Shown here piece by piece: positions 1 through 10,250 of a stretch of 61,157 nucleotides of DNA; position 1 is the stretch's first letter; the number at the start of each line of letters is the position of its first letter. The translations under genes and the position numbers were made by a program. The notes under the pieces are model-generated. The model was not told the origin of the DNA, did not search any database, and worked only from the letters and a program-made list of their open reading frames with translations. This stretch comes from an uncultured Candidatus Woesearchaeota archaeon (GTDB taxonomy: Archaea; Nanobdellota; Nanobdellia; Woesearchaeales; UBA525), in assembly GCA_963724455.1 (NCBI GenBank), contig CAVRUV010000006.1, positions 1 through 61,157 on the forward strand, read 5' to 3'.

Positions 1-33
1 TGTTTTTACATACTCCGTCATCTTTTTCGTCTA

Positions 34-1923
34 TTACTTATGATCCATTGTGTATGCGCCATCCCAATCTTTGGGTGGATTCTCGATAAATGCCTTGCAT
101 CGCTCAATCATTGTGCTACTTGCACCATCACTAAGCGTTAAGAACTCCTTTAGTGCAAGATCGAACTTTCCTTCATAGTATAGTTTCAAAGCAAGCTCAT
201 ATTTCTCAATGTTCTTATACACCAAATCTCCAGCTTTCTTGCAAACGACTTCATAGATGACAACGGCTTTTTTCTTGCCTTTCACTTTAACAGAATCGAT
301 TTCGCGGAGCACAAACTCTTGTTTGAGCTTTTTCTTTGTCGATTCTGAAATAAGAATATCAACACCATACTCTTTTGTTAAACTTTCAAGACGAGATGCA
401 AGATTCACGCTGTCACCCATTGCAGTATATGAAAGCCTTTGCGTGCTACCAACATTGCCAACAATAGCGTCACCCGTATTTATGCCAATACCCACCCTGA
501 TTTTGTGCTTGCTCTTTAGATTAAAATTCTCAACAACAGCTCTTATTGCAAGAGCTGCAATGATGGCGTGGTCTGCATGATGTTCGTCGGTAATTGGTGC
601 ATTCCAAAACGCCATTATCGCATCACCGATGAATTTATCGACTAGACCTTTATGCTCCATTACTGCTCTAGTTGCGTGATCAAAATACTCATTAAGCACT
701 TCAACCAGTTCTTCAGGAGAAAGCGCTTCACTAAGAGTGGTAAATCCTCTAATATCGCAGAACAATATTGAAAGCTCTCTTTTTTCTCCACCTAATGTGA
801 TTTCTGACTGCATTATTTGGTCGAGCAAAACAGGACTCACATACTTGCCAAATGCTTCGCTTATCTTCTGGCGTTCATTGCGCGCCTGCATCAAATGCGC
901 ACTGCCTAAGACGAGCAAACTCAAGATAACAGTGAAGGGAACATAGATGAGATTCAATATCAATCCGTGTTCAAAGATAAATAATGCTATTGCAATATAA
1001 GATATTATTATTCCAATGCCGACGCCAACAACAACGATGATATGGAATTTTTCTATTAAAAACGCAAATAAAATAACAATTGAAATTATCAATAGAATCG
1101 TCACCCAATCTGGAATTGTGCTTAACGATGAGTGTAATAACATTGTTTGTAGTGCATTTGCGTGTATCTCAATACCGGGCATTGGTACACCATTGCTCGT
1201 CGGTACAATTGCATCATCGTGGAAATCACGAGCAACAGCGCCAAACAAAACTATCTTGTCTTTGAATGCTTCCTTTGGAACTTTGCCATTGATGACATCT
1301 GCTGCGCTGTATCTTGTGAATGTGCCCGGAGGACCGGCATAATTGATTAGGAATCTATCATCTTTTGGCGCAGTTGTCTTGATATAAGATTCATATAATG
1401 CAGAGCTGAATGCTCGTTCTTCGCCGAGATTCAAATTAAGCGCACGAACGACTCCGTCTGTATCGGTTACAATATTTGCATAACCGGTTTTTATTGTGAT
1501 ATTTGTAACATTCTCAAATGTTGGAAGCAACAATCCTATACCTACAGAATTTCCCTGTTCATCATTCTTGAATCCTGTATACTCGCTTACTAATACGATA
1601 TTCTTTCCTTTCAATGATTGCGCCAAACGCATATCATTTTTAGCATCGCTTTTTTCCAAAAACGCAATGTCCATTCCGATGACTGCCGGCTCTCCAAGAT
1701 TATCTATGAGCACTGAAAAGTTCGTTCTTGCCCACGGCCATCTGCCGATTTGCTGAAGACTATCGTCATCTACTCCCACTATTACAATATCATGCACTGC
1801 TTGCTTTCCGCCATAAAGGCTATCGGCTAGGCGATGCTGGAATGCTCCAAAAATACCTAGAGAGAAAAAAAGTATGCTGCATACAAGCACAATGCTTGTT
1901 GCTGCAATAATTAGTTTACGCAT
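34..1923 (-). CDS. CHASE2-domain class III adenylate/guanylate cyclase
   Basis: N-terminal TM, CHASE2 motifs (IVIVGVDDDSL..GRWPWAR, D.DGVVR, MPGIEIHANA), 3 TMs, then cyclase motifs FCDIRGFT, DKFIGDAIMAFW, GIGINTG, GDSVNLASRLE. Confidence 0.93.
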   Translation of the reverse strand: MRKLIIAATSIVLVCSILFFSLGIFGAFQHRLADSLYGGKQAVHDIVIVGVDDDSLQQIGRWPWARTNFSVLIDNLGEPAVIGMDIAFLEKSDAKNDMRLAQSLKGKNIVLVSEYTGFKNDEQGNSVGIGLLLPTFENVTNITIKTGYANIVTDTDGVVRALNLNLGEERAFSSALYESYIKTTAPKDDRFLINYAGPPGTFTRYSAADVINGKVPKEAFKDKIVLFGAVARDFHDDAIVPTSNGVPMPGIEIHANALQTMLLHSSLSTIPDWVTILLIISIVILFAFLIEKFHIIVVVGVGIGIIISYIAIALFIFEHGLILNLIYVPFTVILSLLVLGSAHLMQARNERQKISEAFGKYVSPVLLDQIMQSEITLGGEKRELSILFCDIRGFTTLSEALSPEELVEVLNEYFDHATRAVMEHKGLVDKFIGDAIMAFWNAPITDEHHADHAIIAALAIRAVVENFNLKSKHKIRVGIGINTGDAIVGNVGSTQRLSYTAMGDSVNLASRLESLTKEYGVDILISESTKKKLKQEFVLREIDSVKVKGKKKAVVIYEVVCKKAGDLVYKNIEKYELALKLYYEGKFDLALKEFLTLSDGASSTMIERCKAFIENPPKDWDGAYTMDHK

Positions 1924-1930
1924 ACATCCT

Positions 1931-2035
1931 CAAACTATTCTCGAAACGATCTTTAAAACTATTTTCAAAACCATTTTCAAAACCATCTTTGACCATTTTC
2001 AAACCATCTTCGAGCTAATGTTCGCACCATTGTCC
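1931..2035. repeat. Degenerate 10-12 bp tandem minisatellite (consensus ~AAAACCATTTTC, about 9 units)
   Basis: caaactattctc gaaacgatcttt aaaactattttc aaaaccattttc aaaaccatcttt gaccattttc aaaccatcttc gagctaatgttc gcaccattgtcc fills the fecR-cyclase spacer. Confidence 0.7.
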
Positions 2036-2042
2036 TAAAGGA

Positions 2043-2894
2043 TTAACTTTGAAGAAGCGCGATATGCTCTATGATCTTTTTTATTTCTGCATTGTATGCA
2101 AAAATTGGTGCTGCAGATGGAATACTTCCTACTTGCGAACGAAGCTCTTCATCAGTTTGAACTCCATCATCGATATCTTTTAGGTACTGCGCAATCTGCT
2201 CATCAGTTGAATGATATCTTGACTGGATGATTGACATTATCATATCATTCTTCTTTATTTCTCGTAAACGCAAATCTCGCAACGTGCTAATTTCCAATCC
2301 TAACTGCTCTTTTAGCTCTTTGCGCTCTTCTGGAGTCATGTTGCGCTTAATGTATCCATCACCAGTTTTCTCAAGAACTTCACCGCTAGAAACATTAAAT
2401 GATAATTCGCCTTCGCCGGCAACAACAATGCCCTCGCCGACAAGCAGTTTGTATGGCTTTGCCATTGTTTCAAGAGTTGTACCACGAACAGTAGCTGTAG
2501 TTGTTGGAGTTTGTATTTTAAATTCTTCAACACCGCCGAGCTTTGTTACTTTAGTCCAAACAGCACCAGAGTTTTGCTGCAAGAGTTGATTTTTTTGAGA
2601 GAGTTCATCAATTGAGATTTCAGTATTTGAAGCGAGCCTTACAAGCACGCTATCATATAGAACAACAACTGCGCTCGCGTCATTGCCGGTTTTAATTGAT
2701 GCGCCTTGTTTTAAGAGCTGATCTTGCTGTGCTGCAACATAACCGCTTCCCAGATTCACTTGAACATCGCCGGAAACAGTGCTGATTCTAGCAGGCACTT
2801 TGCCGTTTGGCCATATCATAACGACAAATATTATTGCAATAATCAATACTAACGCTACTGGAATGTAAAACCAAGGTTTTTTGTAAAAGCTCAT
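2043..2894 (-). CDS. FecR-domain membrane-anchored protein
   Basis: N-terminal TM; FecR-like motifs (L.QG.SIKTG, VRLASNTEI, FKIQTPTTTATVRGT); directly upstream of the cyclase. Confidence 0.8.
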   Translation of the reverse strand: MSFYKKPWFYIPVALVLIIAIIFVVMIWPNGKVPARISTVSGDVQVNLGSGYVAAQQDQLLKQGASIKTGNDASAVVVLYDSVLVRLASNTEISIDELSQKNQLLQQNSGAVWTKVTKLGGVEEFKIQTPTTTATVRGTTLETMAKPYKLLVGEGIVVAGEGELSFNVSSGEVLEKTGDGYIKRNMTPEERKELKEQLGLEISTLRDLRLREIKKNDMIMSIIQSRYHSTDEQIAQYLKDIDDGVQTDEELRSQVGSIPSAAPIFAYNAEIKKIIEHIALLQS

Positions 2895-2990
2895 GAGGAC
2901 CCCTCTTAGAGCTGAAGATGCACTTATAGTTTAAAAATGTAGTGGAGAAATGTGAGGTATGAGAAGAATATGAATAATATTAGAATACTT

Positions 2991-3141
2991 TGTCGCCTTG
3001 GAGCAAATCCTAGAAATTCCTCCGATTCATGCAGGAGGAATTTCCTAAACTCTCTGAGGGACGCGAAGGATTCGAAGAATCCTTGCGCAAGAATTCAAGT
3101 AATCATGTTGAATTCTTCGCGAAGAGCAATTCTCCGCGACA
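2991..3141 (+). repeat. Structured intergenic element, copy A
   Basis: tgtcgc-CTT-ggag...ctcc-gcgaca outer stem; gaaattcctcc-GATTCATGCA-ggaggaatttc hairpin; two further internal hairpins. Confidence 0.8.
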
Positions 3142-3160
3142 TGAAAAATGAAATAAAAGA

Positions 3161-3529
3161 TCACTTAAAGAATTCTTTTCCAGGATCCACTTCATTCATA
3201 CTCATTGATTTTTGATGTTCTGGAGTATAGATCTTGATTATAATGAATTTTCCAGAAGTTGTTTTTGTATCGGCATGGATTGTCTGTTCGATGATTAGAC
3301 AATGACCCCAATACAACCATTTGCCATCTATATTATGCACTAGAAAACATCTAATGGGCGCAGGATGAAATATTCTCATATTCGGTTTATTTTTGAATGA
3401 GAATGTTTTTCCTTTGAAATAATCTGCAGTGAATTGTTTTTTCAAATGTTTTTTCAAGTCCAGCTCTTCTGGAAATCCCTGTTCTGTTGTCAGTTGCAGT
3501 GTATCATTTAATTCAATATAACTTCCCAT
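3161..3529 (-). CDS. Conserved hypothetical protein
   Basis: 122-aa ATG ORF with globular protein-like composition and an upstream TATA-like TTTATA. Confidence 0.7.
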   Translation of the reverse strand: MGSYIELNDTLQLTTEQGFPEELDLKKHLKKQFTADYFKGKTFSFKNKPNMRIFHPAPIRCFLVHNIDGKWLYWGHCLIIEQTIHADTKTTSGKFIIIKIYTPEHQKSMSMNEVDPGKEFFK

Positions 3530-3609
3530 AGATTTAGATAGAACTTATTCGGATATAAATTAATCGATAAGTGGATTTGTTAATATTGATATTTCTCAAT
3601 ACCACATCT

Positions 3610-4143
3610 TTACTCTATAATATATTCCCAACCAGGTTGCCAGTTTTTTGTATTTCTCCAATCATTTGCAATCGCATCTTCCCAAGTCATTTTCTTGCTC
3701 AAGACATCTAGTGCCAATTGCGGGCCTTGATGTGAAACAATTGCAACGTGCATACCATCATAATTCTCTTTTAAGAATTGTAAAAATGAATCCATTCTTT
3801 TCTGGACATCCAAATAACTCTCGCCATTAGGATATTTTATCTTAATATAATCTGCAATCGACCATGTCTTGTGCTTTTGCGTCAAATCGCCATAATCGCA
3901 TTCTCTAAGTCTTGAATCCTTGATGTGCGGGCACCTTTTGTCAAACGCGAGTTTAGCAGTATCAATGGCTCGTTTCAAATCAGAAGTGAACACAACATCA
4001 AATTTATCTTTTCTTTGAATACCTAATTCTTTTCCTTCCTTTATTCCTTTCTCAGACAATTCTATATCGTTGTGACCCGAAGCTAAATGATCGATATTGT
4101 CTTGAGTTGTTCCATGAACAAAATAAGTTATTTTTACAACCAT
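3610..4143 (-). CDS. Histidine phosphatase (phosphoglycerate mutase-like) family protein
   Basis: TYFVHG (variant of RHG), TSDLKRAIDTA, LRECDYG, PNGES, IVSHQG; start placed at MVVKITY. Confidence 0.85.
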   Translation of the reverse strand: MVVKITYFVHGTTQDNIDHLASGHNDIELSEKGIKEGKELGIQRKDKFDVVFTSDLKRAIDTAKLAFDKRCPHIKDSRLRECDYGDLTQKHKTWSIADYIKIKYPNGESYLDVQKRMDSFLQFLKENYDGMHVAIVSHQGPQLALDVLSKKMTWEDAIANDWRNTKNWQPGWEYIIE

Positions 4144-4223
4144 AACTCCGCAAAAGAATGTCATGATATAATAATTTCGTAAGATTTGATAGAACAAAGC
4201 TCATAATAAGAACAAAATAATAA

Positions 4224-4703
4224 CTACTTTAACAAATACCCGCTGACGAACTTTGTCGGTTTTTTTGCAAGTTTTTGATGTGGTAGAATTAATCCTCTGC
4301 AAGTCTTGTGACCGCACAAGCAATCCATATCCCAAGAATGATAATTTGTAAATAATGAATAATCTGCAGTTATTTCTTCTCCCTTTTCAATCGCTCTTCT
4401 TGCGTATAACGTATCATGATCAAAATATGCATTCGATTCGCAAGAATGATTCAGATACCAAATTATTGAGAATCGAAACGGTTCGATGAATACATCCTTA
4501 TTCGAAATCTTTCCTTTTGTAGTATTTCTTTTTTCAATTTGTATTGCGCGATGAGAAAGCTTAGGATTCTTATCAGTCATCTTTGTTCCTGTGACTTTGC
4601 AGAGCAATTCGCCTTTCTTATAATTTCTTGCTGCAAAAAATCCAAATCCTTTAGGACCAGTATGGTCTACTCTAAATCCTTCAACAACTCTAGGATATTT
4701 CAT
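4224..4703 (-). CDS. SET-domain protein-lysine methyltransferase with post-SET Cys motif
   Basis: KGFGFFA, YLNHSCESN, I.KGEEITADY, CLCG..TCRG. Confidence 0.88.
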   Translation of the reverse strand: MKYPRVVEGFRVDHTGPKGFGFFAARNYKKGELLCKVTGTKMTDKNPKLSHRAIQIEKRNTTKGKISNKDVFIEPFRFSIIWYLNHSCESNAYFDHDTLYARRAIEKGEEITADYSLFTNYHSWDMDCLCGHKTCRGLILPHQKLAKKPTKFVSGYLLK

Positions 4704-4754
4704 ACTTCTGCTCCCATACCTTCACTTTAAAAAGATATCTTACTTCCCAGCAGT

Positions 4755-5732
4755 ATGACCCGCCTTAAGCAGAAAAAAGAGCTTACAGGAACACCTAGCG
4801 ATGTTCGTTTTGGAACCCCTGAACTTGTTGCAAACTACAGGGCAAAACGCCTTGCAAAGTTCCAACCAGATACTATCATAGATCTTGGCGCGGGAGTGGG
4901 TTTTCAGAGCAATGCATTTGCAAAGCTCGTAAAGAACGTCATTGCAGTAGAAATTGATGCTCAAAAAATATCACGAGCAGGACTAGATAAGAACGTCATT
5001 GCAATTACTGGTGACGCATTAGATCCTAAAGTAATAGAGCAAGTAACAAAAGCGTGCGTGGGAAAAGTGATATTATTCTTAGACCCTGAAAGACCAGCAA
5101 GTTCTGAACGACGTACACTTGCTGAAATAAAACCAGATATTCAAAAAATACTTACTACATACGGTAAAATCACAAAGGAAATAGCAATAGAAATGCCTCC
5201 ATATTTGTCAAATGAAGAACTCGATAAACTACCAAAGCACGAGCGAGAATACCTATCAATTGATTGCGTGCTCAACAGGCTTACATTATATTTTGGCGAG
5301 CTTCGAGAAGAAGTGGTTTCAGCAGTGCAATTACCAAAAGAGCACCGCATCGCTGCAAGCATACTAGAACCAATAAGAAATGTACAAGTCTTAGAACACC
5401 ATTTGTTAGAGCCAGATGCTGCGCTTCTCAAAGCAGATCTTGTTGGTAACGCGCTTTGCAATCTAGCTGTAATGGTTGAAAACATCGGCAACAAATCAGT
5501 ATATATCAGCTCAAGAAATACAACAAGTCCGTTCTTTAGAAAATACAAGGTAATTGCGCACGGTAATAGAAAACTTATAGAAAAACGATTATTCAAGCAC
5601 GGCAGTGTAATCCTGCACGGCAAATTAAGCGCAGAAGAGCAGCGTGAGTTGCAGTTTGGGTTAAGAAAGTTCTGCCGCGGAAAAGACAAGGTTCATCTAT
5701 TTATTGGAAGGCAATGGTATTTAGCGCAATAA
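4755..5732 (+). CDS. SAM-dependent methyltransferase (Tgs1-like, probable RNA methyltransferase)
   Basis: RFGTPELVA..RAKRL, IIDLGAGVG, VIAVEID, FLDPER. Confidence 0.75.
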   Translation: MTRLKQKKELTGTPSDVRFGTPELVANYRAKRLAKFQPDTIIDLGAGVGFQSNAFAKLVKNVIAVEIDAQKISRAGLDKNVIAITGDALDPKVIEQVTKACVGKVILFLDPERPASSERRTLAEIKPDIQKILTTYGKITKEIAIEMPPYLSNEELDKLPKHEREYLSIDCVLNRLTLYFGELREEVVSAVQLPKEHRIAASILEPIRNVQVLEHHLLEPDAALLKADLVGNALCNLAVMVENIGNKSVYISSRNTTSPFFRKYKVIAHGNRKLIEKRLFKHGSVILHGKLSAEEQRELQFGLRKFCRGKDKVHLFIGRQWYLAQ

Positions 5733-5815
5733 ATTATTGAGTTATTTAATATTTGAATTATTATATATCTGAGTTATTATTAGAATTGTTACTAAAATTT
5801 TAACTTCTTTAATTT

Positions 5816-5964
5816 AGAATGCGGAGATTTAGTCCTCCCTCCCTCGTCACTTCACTGCGTTCGTTCCTGCGGTTTCGCTTCTTTGAACCGAAACGGTCCG
5901 GGGTTTTACGAAATCTCGTCTGCACCAATCAACGAGATTTCTGCTCTTACTCCAAGGCATTTTA
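5816..5964 (-). repeat. Structured intergenic element, copy B
   Basis: Minus strand: aatgc-CTT-ggag...gaaatctcgtt-GATTGGTGCA-gacgagatttc-gtaaaa...ctcc-gcatt; 3' half near-identical to copy D. Confidence 0.85.
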
Positions 5965-6004
5965 CTTAGACTTAACTTTTACTTAGAACTAACTATCTCT
6001 GAAA

Positions 6005-6457
6005 CTAAATATTACCAGAAAGCTTTTTCATATCACTTCCTATCTCGAATTCTGCAGTATTCTGATCGCTTTTTCTCAAAGTACCTGTGCGTATATCGTT
6101 CATTGTTTTCTCAAGAGAAGATATAACTTCTTCAAGGCTTGTTTTCTCAATATCAACGTATACAAATATGCCCGCATAATACCCTTTGATACCAACATAA
6201 TTATTCAATAAAAATACCTTATCTATTACGCCGGAAAGATTTTCAAGACCTAAACGCGCAACATAACCTTGGGCATCAATATTTGTTCGAAGAATTCCTG
6301 CAAAAGAAAGGGGTACCCCATTTAATCCAACAAATCCTGTTATAGGATAGCATGTTGAAGCTCCTTTCTTGAATGCTATATCTGAATGAATATCCAAACT
6401 ACCAACGTAGCCTGCAAACTTTTCTTTTTCTACCGTTCGAATAACACATGGGTGCAT
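6005..6457 (-). CDS. Hypothetical protein
   Basis: 150-aa ATG ORF preceded by GGAG; no recognised motif. Confidence 0.6.
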   Translation of the reverse strand: MHPCVIRTVEKEKFAGYVGSLDIHSDIAFKKGASTCYPITGFVGLNGVPLSFAGILRTNIDAQGYVARLGLENLSGVIDKVFLLNNYVGIKGYYAGIFVYVDIEKTSLEEVISSLEKTMNDIRTGTLRKSDQNTAEFEIGSDMKKLSGNI

Positions 6458-6647
6458 ATTATCTCCGTCATTATTTTCTCAGCCGCACTAAGAACTGAGG
6501 AATAAAAGGAATTCTGAGGAAAAAGGAATACAAATGCGATTAAAGGCAATACAAAGAGAAATCTTCATTCATTTATATCGATTATCATAATCTCTCCTCG
6601 TCAGTTGTGACGAAGACATAAAAAGCCTCCCGACCGAACTCCCGACT

Positions 6648-8369
6648 ATGGATGAACTAACCCCAAATCAGCGACTTATTGCATACTACTCTATGGAAAT
6701 CGGTCTGCGCCAAGATATCCCAACCTACTCAGGTGGCCTTGGAATGCTAGCAGGAGACACGTTAAAAGCATGTTCTGACCTCAAAGTCCCTGTTGTAGGA
6801 GTCACCCTTGTTTCATCCAAAGGATACTTCCTACAACATCTAAACAAGAACGATGGCTGGCAAACAGAATCGCCAGTCGAATGGGACTTGCACGAAAAGC
6901 TTACACTACTAAGTCCAAAAGTTGTTGTACACATACAAGGAAGACCAGTTACCATTAGAGCTTGGCAGTATGATGTTATCGGAGTTAATGGATTCAAAGT
7001 ACCGGTCATTTTCTTGGATACAAACCAGCCAGAAAATAACGATTTTGACAAAACACTAACAAATCAGCTCTACGGTGGAGACCGATTCTATCGCTTATGC
7101 CAAGAAGTAGTCCTTGGCATTGGTGGAACAAGAATGCTCCACATATTAGGATATACGAATCTTAGCAGATACCATATGAATGAAGGCCATGCTGCACTTC
7201 TATCCTTGGAGCTTGTCAAAGAAAAAGCAATAATGACTGGCGTGCATATTGAAGATTTCGAGAGCGCAAAAGAGTGCATCGAATATACAAGAAAACATTG
7301 CGTGTTCACAACACATACGCCGGTTGCAGCTGGACACGATAAATTCGATTATGATATGGTGCAAGATGTCATGCGTAATTATCTTCCAACACCGTTCATC
7401 CAGCATTTGGCTGGAGAAGACATGCTGAATATGACACTTCTTGCGCTTAACTTAAGCCATTTCGTTAATAGCGTAGCAAAAAAACACATGGATATCAGCT
7501 CGCATCTATTCCCAGGATATCATTTCAATAACATCACGAATGGTGTTCATAGCAGTACTTGGACCTCACAAGAGATGCAAAAGTTATTCGATAATTACAT
7601 TCCTGGCTGGCGACAAGATAGCTTTGAATTGCGCCACGCACTCGTAATTCCAAAACACGAAATCTGGGATGCGCACCAAGCAACAAAGCAAAAGCTCGTA
7701 GACTACATCAACACCAATTATAATGCTGGTTTTGATAAGGATGTATTCACCATTGGATTTGCCCGTCGAGCAACTGCATATAAGCGCGCAAACTTATTGT
7801 TCTATGATATTGAACGCCTTAAAAAAATTGGCGCAAAGCAAAAAATACAAATTGTTTTCGGAGGCAAGGCCCACCCAAACGATACAGAAGGAAAAGAATT
7901 AATCAAAACTATTTTCTGGCACATGGGCGAATTGCGCGATATCATAAAAATAGTTTATGTAGAAAATTACGATATTGATCTTGCAAAATTAATGGTTGCG
8001 GGTGTTGATATCTGGCTCAATACTCCTGCTAGACCACATGAAGCATCTGGCACTTCTGGCATGAAAGCTGCGCATAACGGAGTTCCACAACTATCAATAC
8101 TTGATGGTTGGTGGATCGAAGGACATCTAGAAGGAATTACTGGATGGCGACTCGGCCCCACACCAACCGAAGAAAATGAGTATGCAAATGACGACGCTGC
8201 AGATTCTGATGAACTCTACGACAAGCTCGATAATATCATCTTAGCATTATACTATTATGATAACAAGAATTGGCAAAGAGCAATGCGCAACACCATTGCA
8301 TTCAACGCATCATACTTCAACACACATAGAATGGTACAACAATATGTACTCAATGCGTATTTGTTGTAG
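6648..8369 (+). CDS. glgP: Alpha-glucan (glycogen/maltodextrin) phosphorylase
   Basis: YSGGLG.LAGD, HMNEGH, FTTHTPV.AGHD, FARRATAYKRA, PLP-binding EASGTSGMKAA. Confidence 0.95.
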   Translation: MDELTPNQRLIAYYSMEIGLRQDIPTYSGGLGMLAGDTLKACSDLKVPVVGVTLVSSKGYFLQHLNKNDGWQTESPVEWDLHEKLTLLSPKVVVHIQGRPVTIRAWQYDVIGVNGFKVPVIFLDTNQPENNDFDKTLTNQLYGGDRFYRLCQEVVLGIGGTRMLHILGYTNLSRYHMNEGHAALLSLELVKEKAIMTGVHIEDFESAKECIEYTRKHCVFTTHTPVAAGHDKFDYDMVQDVMRNYLPTPFIQHLAGEDMLNMTLLALNLSHFVNSVAKKHMDISSHLFPGYHFNNITNGVHSSTWTSQEMQKLFDNYIPGWRQDSFELRHALVIPKHEIWDAHQATKQKLVDYINTNYNAGFDKDVFTIGFARRATAYKRANLLFYDIERLKKIGAKQKIQIVFGGKAHPNDTEGKELIKTIFWHMGELRDIIKIVYVENYDIDLAKLMVAGVDIWLNTPARPHEASGTSGMKAAHNGVPQLSILDGWWIEGHLEGITGWRLGPTPTEENEYANDDAADSDELYDKLDNIILALYYYDNKNWQRAMRNTIAFNASYFNTHRMVQQYVLNAYLL

Positions 8370-8469
8370 ATGCTGAATTTATTTTCGTTTATTTATTTTT
8401 TATTTGTGTCTTATTTAATTTTAATAATTCTGGAAAACCTTCTTAAAGAAAAGATACAGTTCTATATTT

Positions 8470-8934
8470 ATGAAATCTTCAATAATGATCTTATTTGCAT
8501 TTTTACTTATGACAGGTTTCTTGCTTATTGCATGTTCAACAAATAATGTGCAAACTGCACAATCTAATTTACCATCTACTCCCTCAGGAGATACAACGGC
8601 CCTTACGTCACCACCACAAACAAATCCATCCGCAAACACACCAACCACCACAAAAGCACATGAAATAAGCATTAGCGCAGTCCAGTTTGCATTTGACCCC
8701 GCTACAATTACAGTAAAGAAAGGCGAGCTTGTCAGATTGACTCTCACTAGCAAAGATGTTGCTCATGCAATAGCGATTCCAGAATTCGGAGTTTCGACAG
8801 ATCCGGTTAGTGGTGGAGAAAGCACAACAGTTGAATTCACACCAACAAAAGTTGGTACATTCCAATTCCGCTGCAGTGTTCCTTGCGGTCCAGGACATCG
8901 CGACATGACTGGTACCATTACCGTAACAGAATAA
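8470..8934 (+). CDS. Lipid-anchored cupredoxin with CuA-type ligand motif
   Basis: Signal/lipobox LLIAC, Pro/Thr linker, DVAH and CSVPCGPGHRDM. Confidence 0.82.
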   Translation: MKSSIMILFAFLLMTGFLLIACSTNNVQTAQSNLPSTPSGDTTALTSPPQTNPSANTPTTTKAHEISISAVQFAFDPATITVKKGELVRLTLTSKDVAHAIAIPEFGVSTDPVSGGESTTVEFTPTKVGTFQFRCSVPCGPGHRDMTGTITVTE

Positions 8935-8949
8935 GATTTTATTATTTTA

Positions 8950-9273
8950 TCACATTATTTTCTTTAATTTTTTCAGATCTTTTATTGCTTGTCTATATCC
9001 TTCATATCGCGACATAGAATCTCTCACTAAATTAGAACGCAAACACTCTTCTTCTAAGATAATACAATACTCATCTAGAATCCTGCCGACTTGTCGCTTA
9101 TTTGGTGCGTGAAGAGCGTACAATTGTATGCACTCAAGATAACCTTCTTTGAAGGCGGGTGTGCCATCTGGAATCCTAATAGCTGCAACAACATCAGTTC
9201 TTATATGATGATCTTGCTCTATTTTCTTTTTAGGAATCCTAGTTCGCATTGGAATATCGCGAGTCATAAACAT
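8950..9273 (-). CDS. Hypothetical protein
   Basis: 107-aa ATG ORF filling the space between neighbours. Confidence 0.5.
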   Translation of the reverse strand: MFMTRDIPMRTRIPKKKIEQDHHIRTDVVAAIRIPDGTPAFKEGYLECIQLYALHAPNKRQVGRILDEYCIILEEECLRSNLVRDSMSRYEGYRQAIKDLKKLKKIM

Positions 9274-9377
9274 CTAAAGAGATCTCTTGCATATATTGTT
9301 ATGCATATCCCATAATAATTTTACCTGTAAATCGATTTATTATATTTATTATCTTCCCTCATCATTTCATCTGTACT

Positions 9378-10184
9378 TTAAAGCATCGGCACTTCAACAA
9401 TTATGAATCTGGCAGATTTAGTAATTTTGAAATTAATAGATACACCAGCTAAAACTTCTGAAATTCCTATTGCGTCTCGCTTATGCAGAACCTCATCATC
9501 AATAACTATTTCTCCATCAATTACAAATACAAAAATTCCTTTATCTTTTGATAACTTGTAGTTAAAAGTTGATTTTTTATCATTTTTATCATATGACCCG
9601 AAGAATACCTGTGCACCCTGATGAATGTATAATGAATCATCATCCCGTTCTTCTTGTTCTTCTTGTTCTCCTCGTTTACCAGATACGATTTTGGTTAAGG
9701 TATTTTTATTTTTTTCAAAATCAAATTGTTTTTTATCATGACGAGGTTTAATGTTCTTTTCTTTAGTCTCTATCCATAATTGAAGTAATTCTAATTTATT
9801 TTTCGAGGAGTTATTATGCTCTGAATGTATGATACCAGAACCGGCAGACATTACTTGAATATCTCCATAAGTTACGACTTCAGTCACACCGGTACTATCT
9901 TTATGCTTTAGTTCTCCTGCTAGAACTATGGTTATTATCTCCATATTCTTATGCGGATGTGAATCAAAACCTTGCGCAGGTGCAATAATATCATCATTAA
10001 GAACGCGCAGCTTTCCAAAGCCCATCCTAGCAGGATCATAATAATCTGCAAAACTAAAACTAAATCTAGACAAAAGCCATCCTAACTTACTAGTTCCTCT
10101 AGATTCAGCTCTGTAGATTATTTTTTTCATAATATTTTCCATAACAAATTGATGTTGTTCAAAATCTATAAATATGTTATCCAA
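9378..10184 (-). CDS. Pirin family protein (YhhW-like); true start probably near 10130
   Basis: FSFADYYDP, LRVLNDD, HPHKNMEI, QVMSAGSGIIHSE, LLQLWI. Confidence 0.92.
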   Translation of the reverse strand: MDNIFIDFEQHQFVMENIMKKIIYRAESRGTSKLGWLLSRFSFSFADYYDPARMGFGKLRVLNDDIIAPAQGFDSHPHKNMEIITIVLAGELKHKDSTGVTEVVTYGDIQVMSAGSGIIHSEHNNSSKNKLELLQLWIETKEKNIKPRHDKKQFDFEKNKNTLTKIVSGKRGEQEEQEERDDDSLYIHQGAQVFFGSYDKNDKKSTFNYKLSKDKGIFVFVIDGEIVIDDEVLHKRDAIGISEVLAGVSINFKITKSARFIIVEVPML

Positions 10185-10250
10185 AATATATACTAATTAT
10201 ACGCTATTTTATACGCTATTTTTTTAAAACAACCAGTAATACTAGTCATT

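Noticed and set aside
1931-2035. Possible CRISPR array
   Set aside because: Units are 10-12 bp, contiguous and without spacers; no cas genes are present
2952-3215. 87-aa plus-strand ORF
   Set aside because: It overlaps structured element A and the end of the opposite-strand gene, and has no protein-like features
3610-4143. Histidine phosphatase with VHG instead of RHG as a possible pseudogene
   Set aside because: The catalytic His and downstream motifs are intact, so it is more likely a family variant
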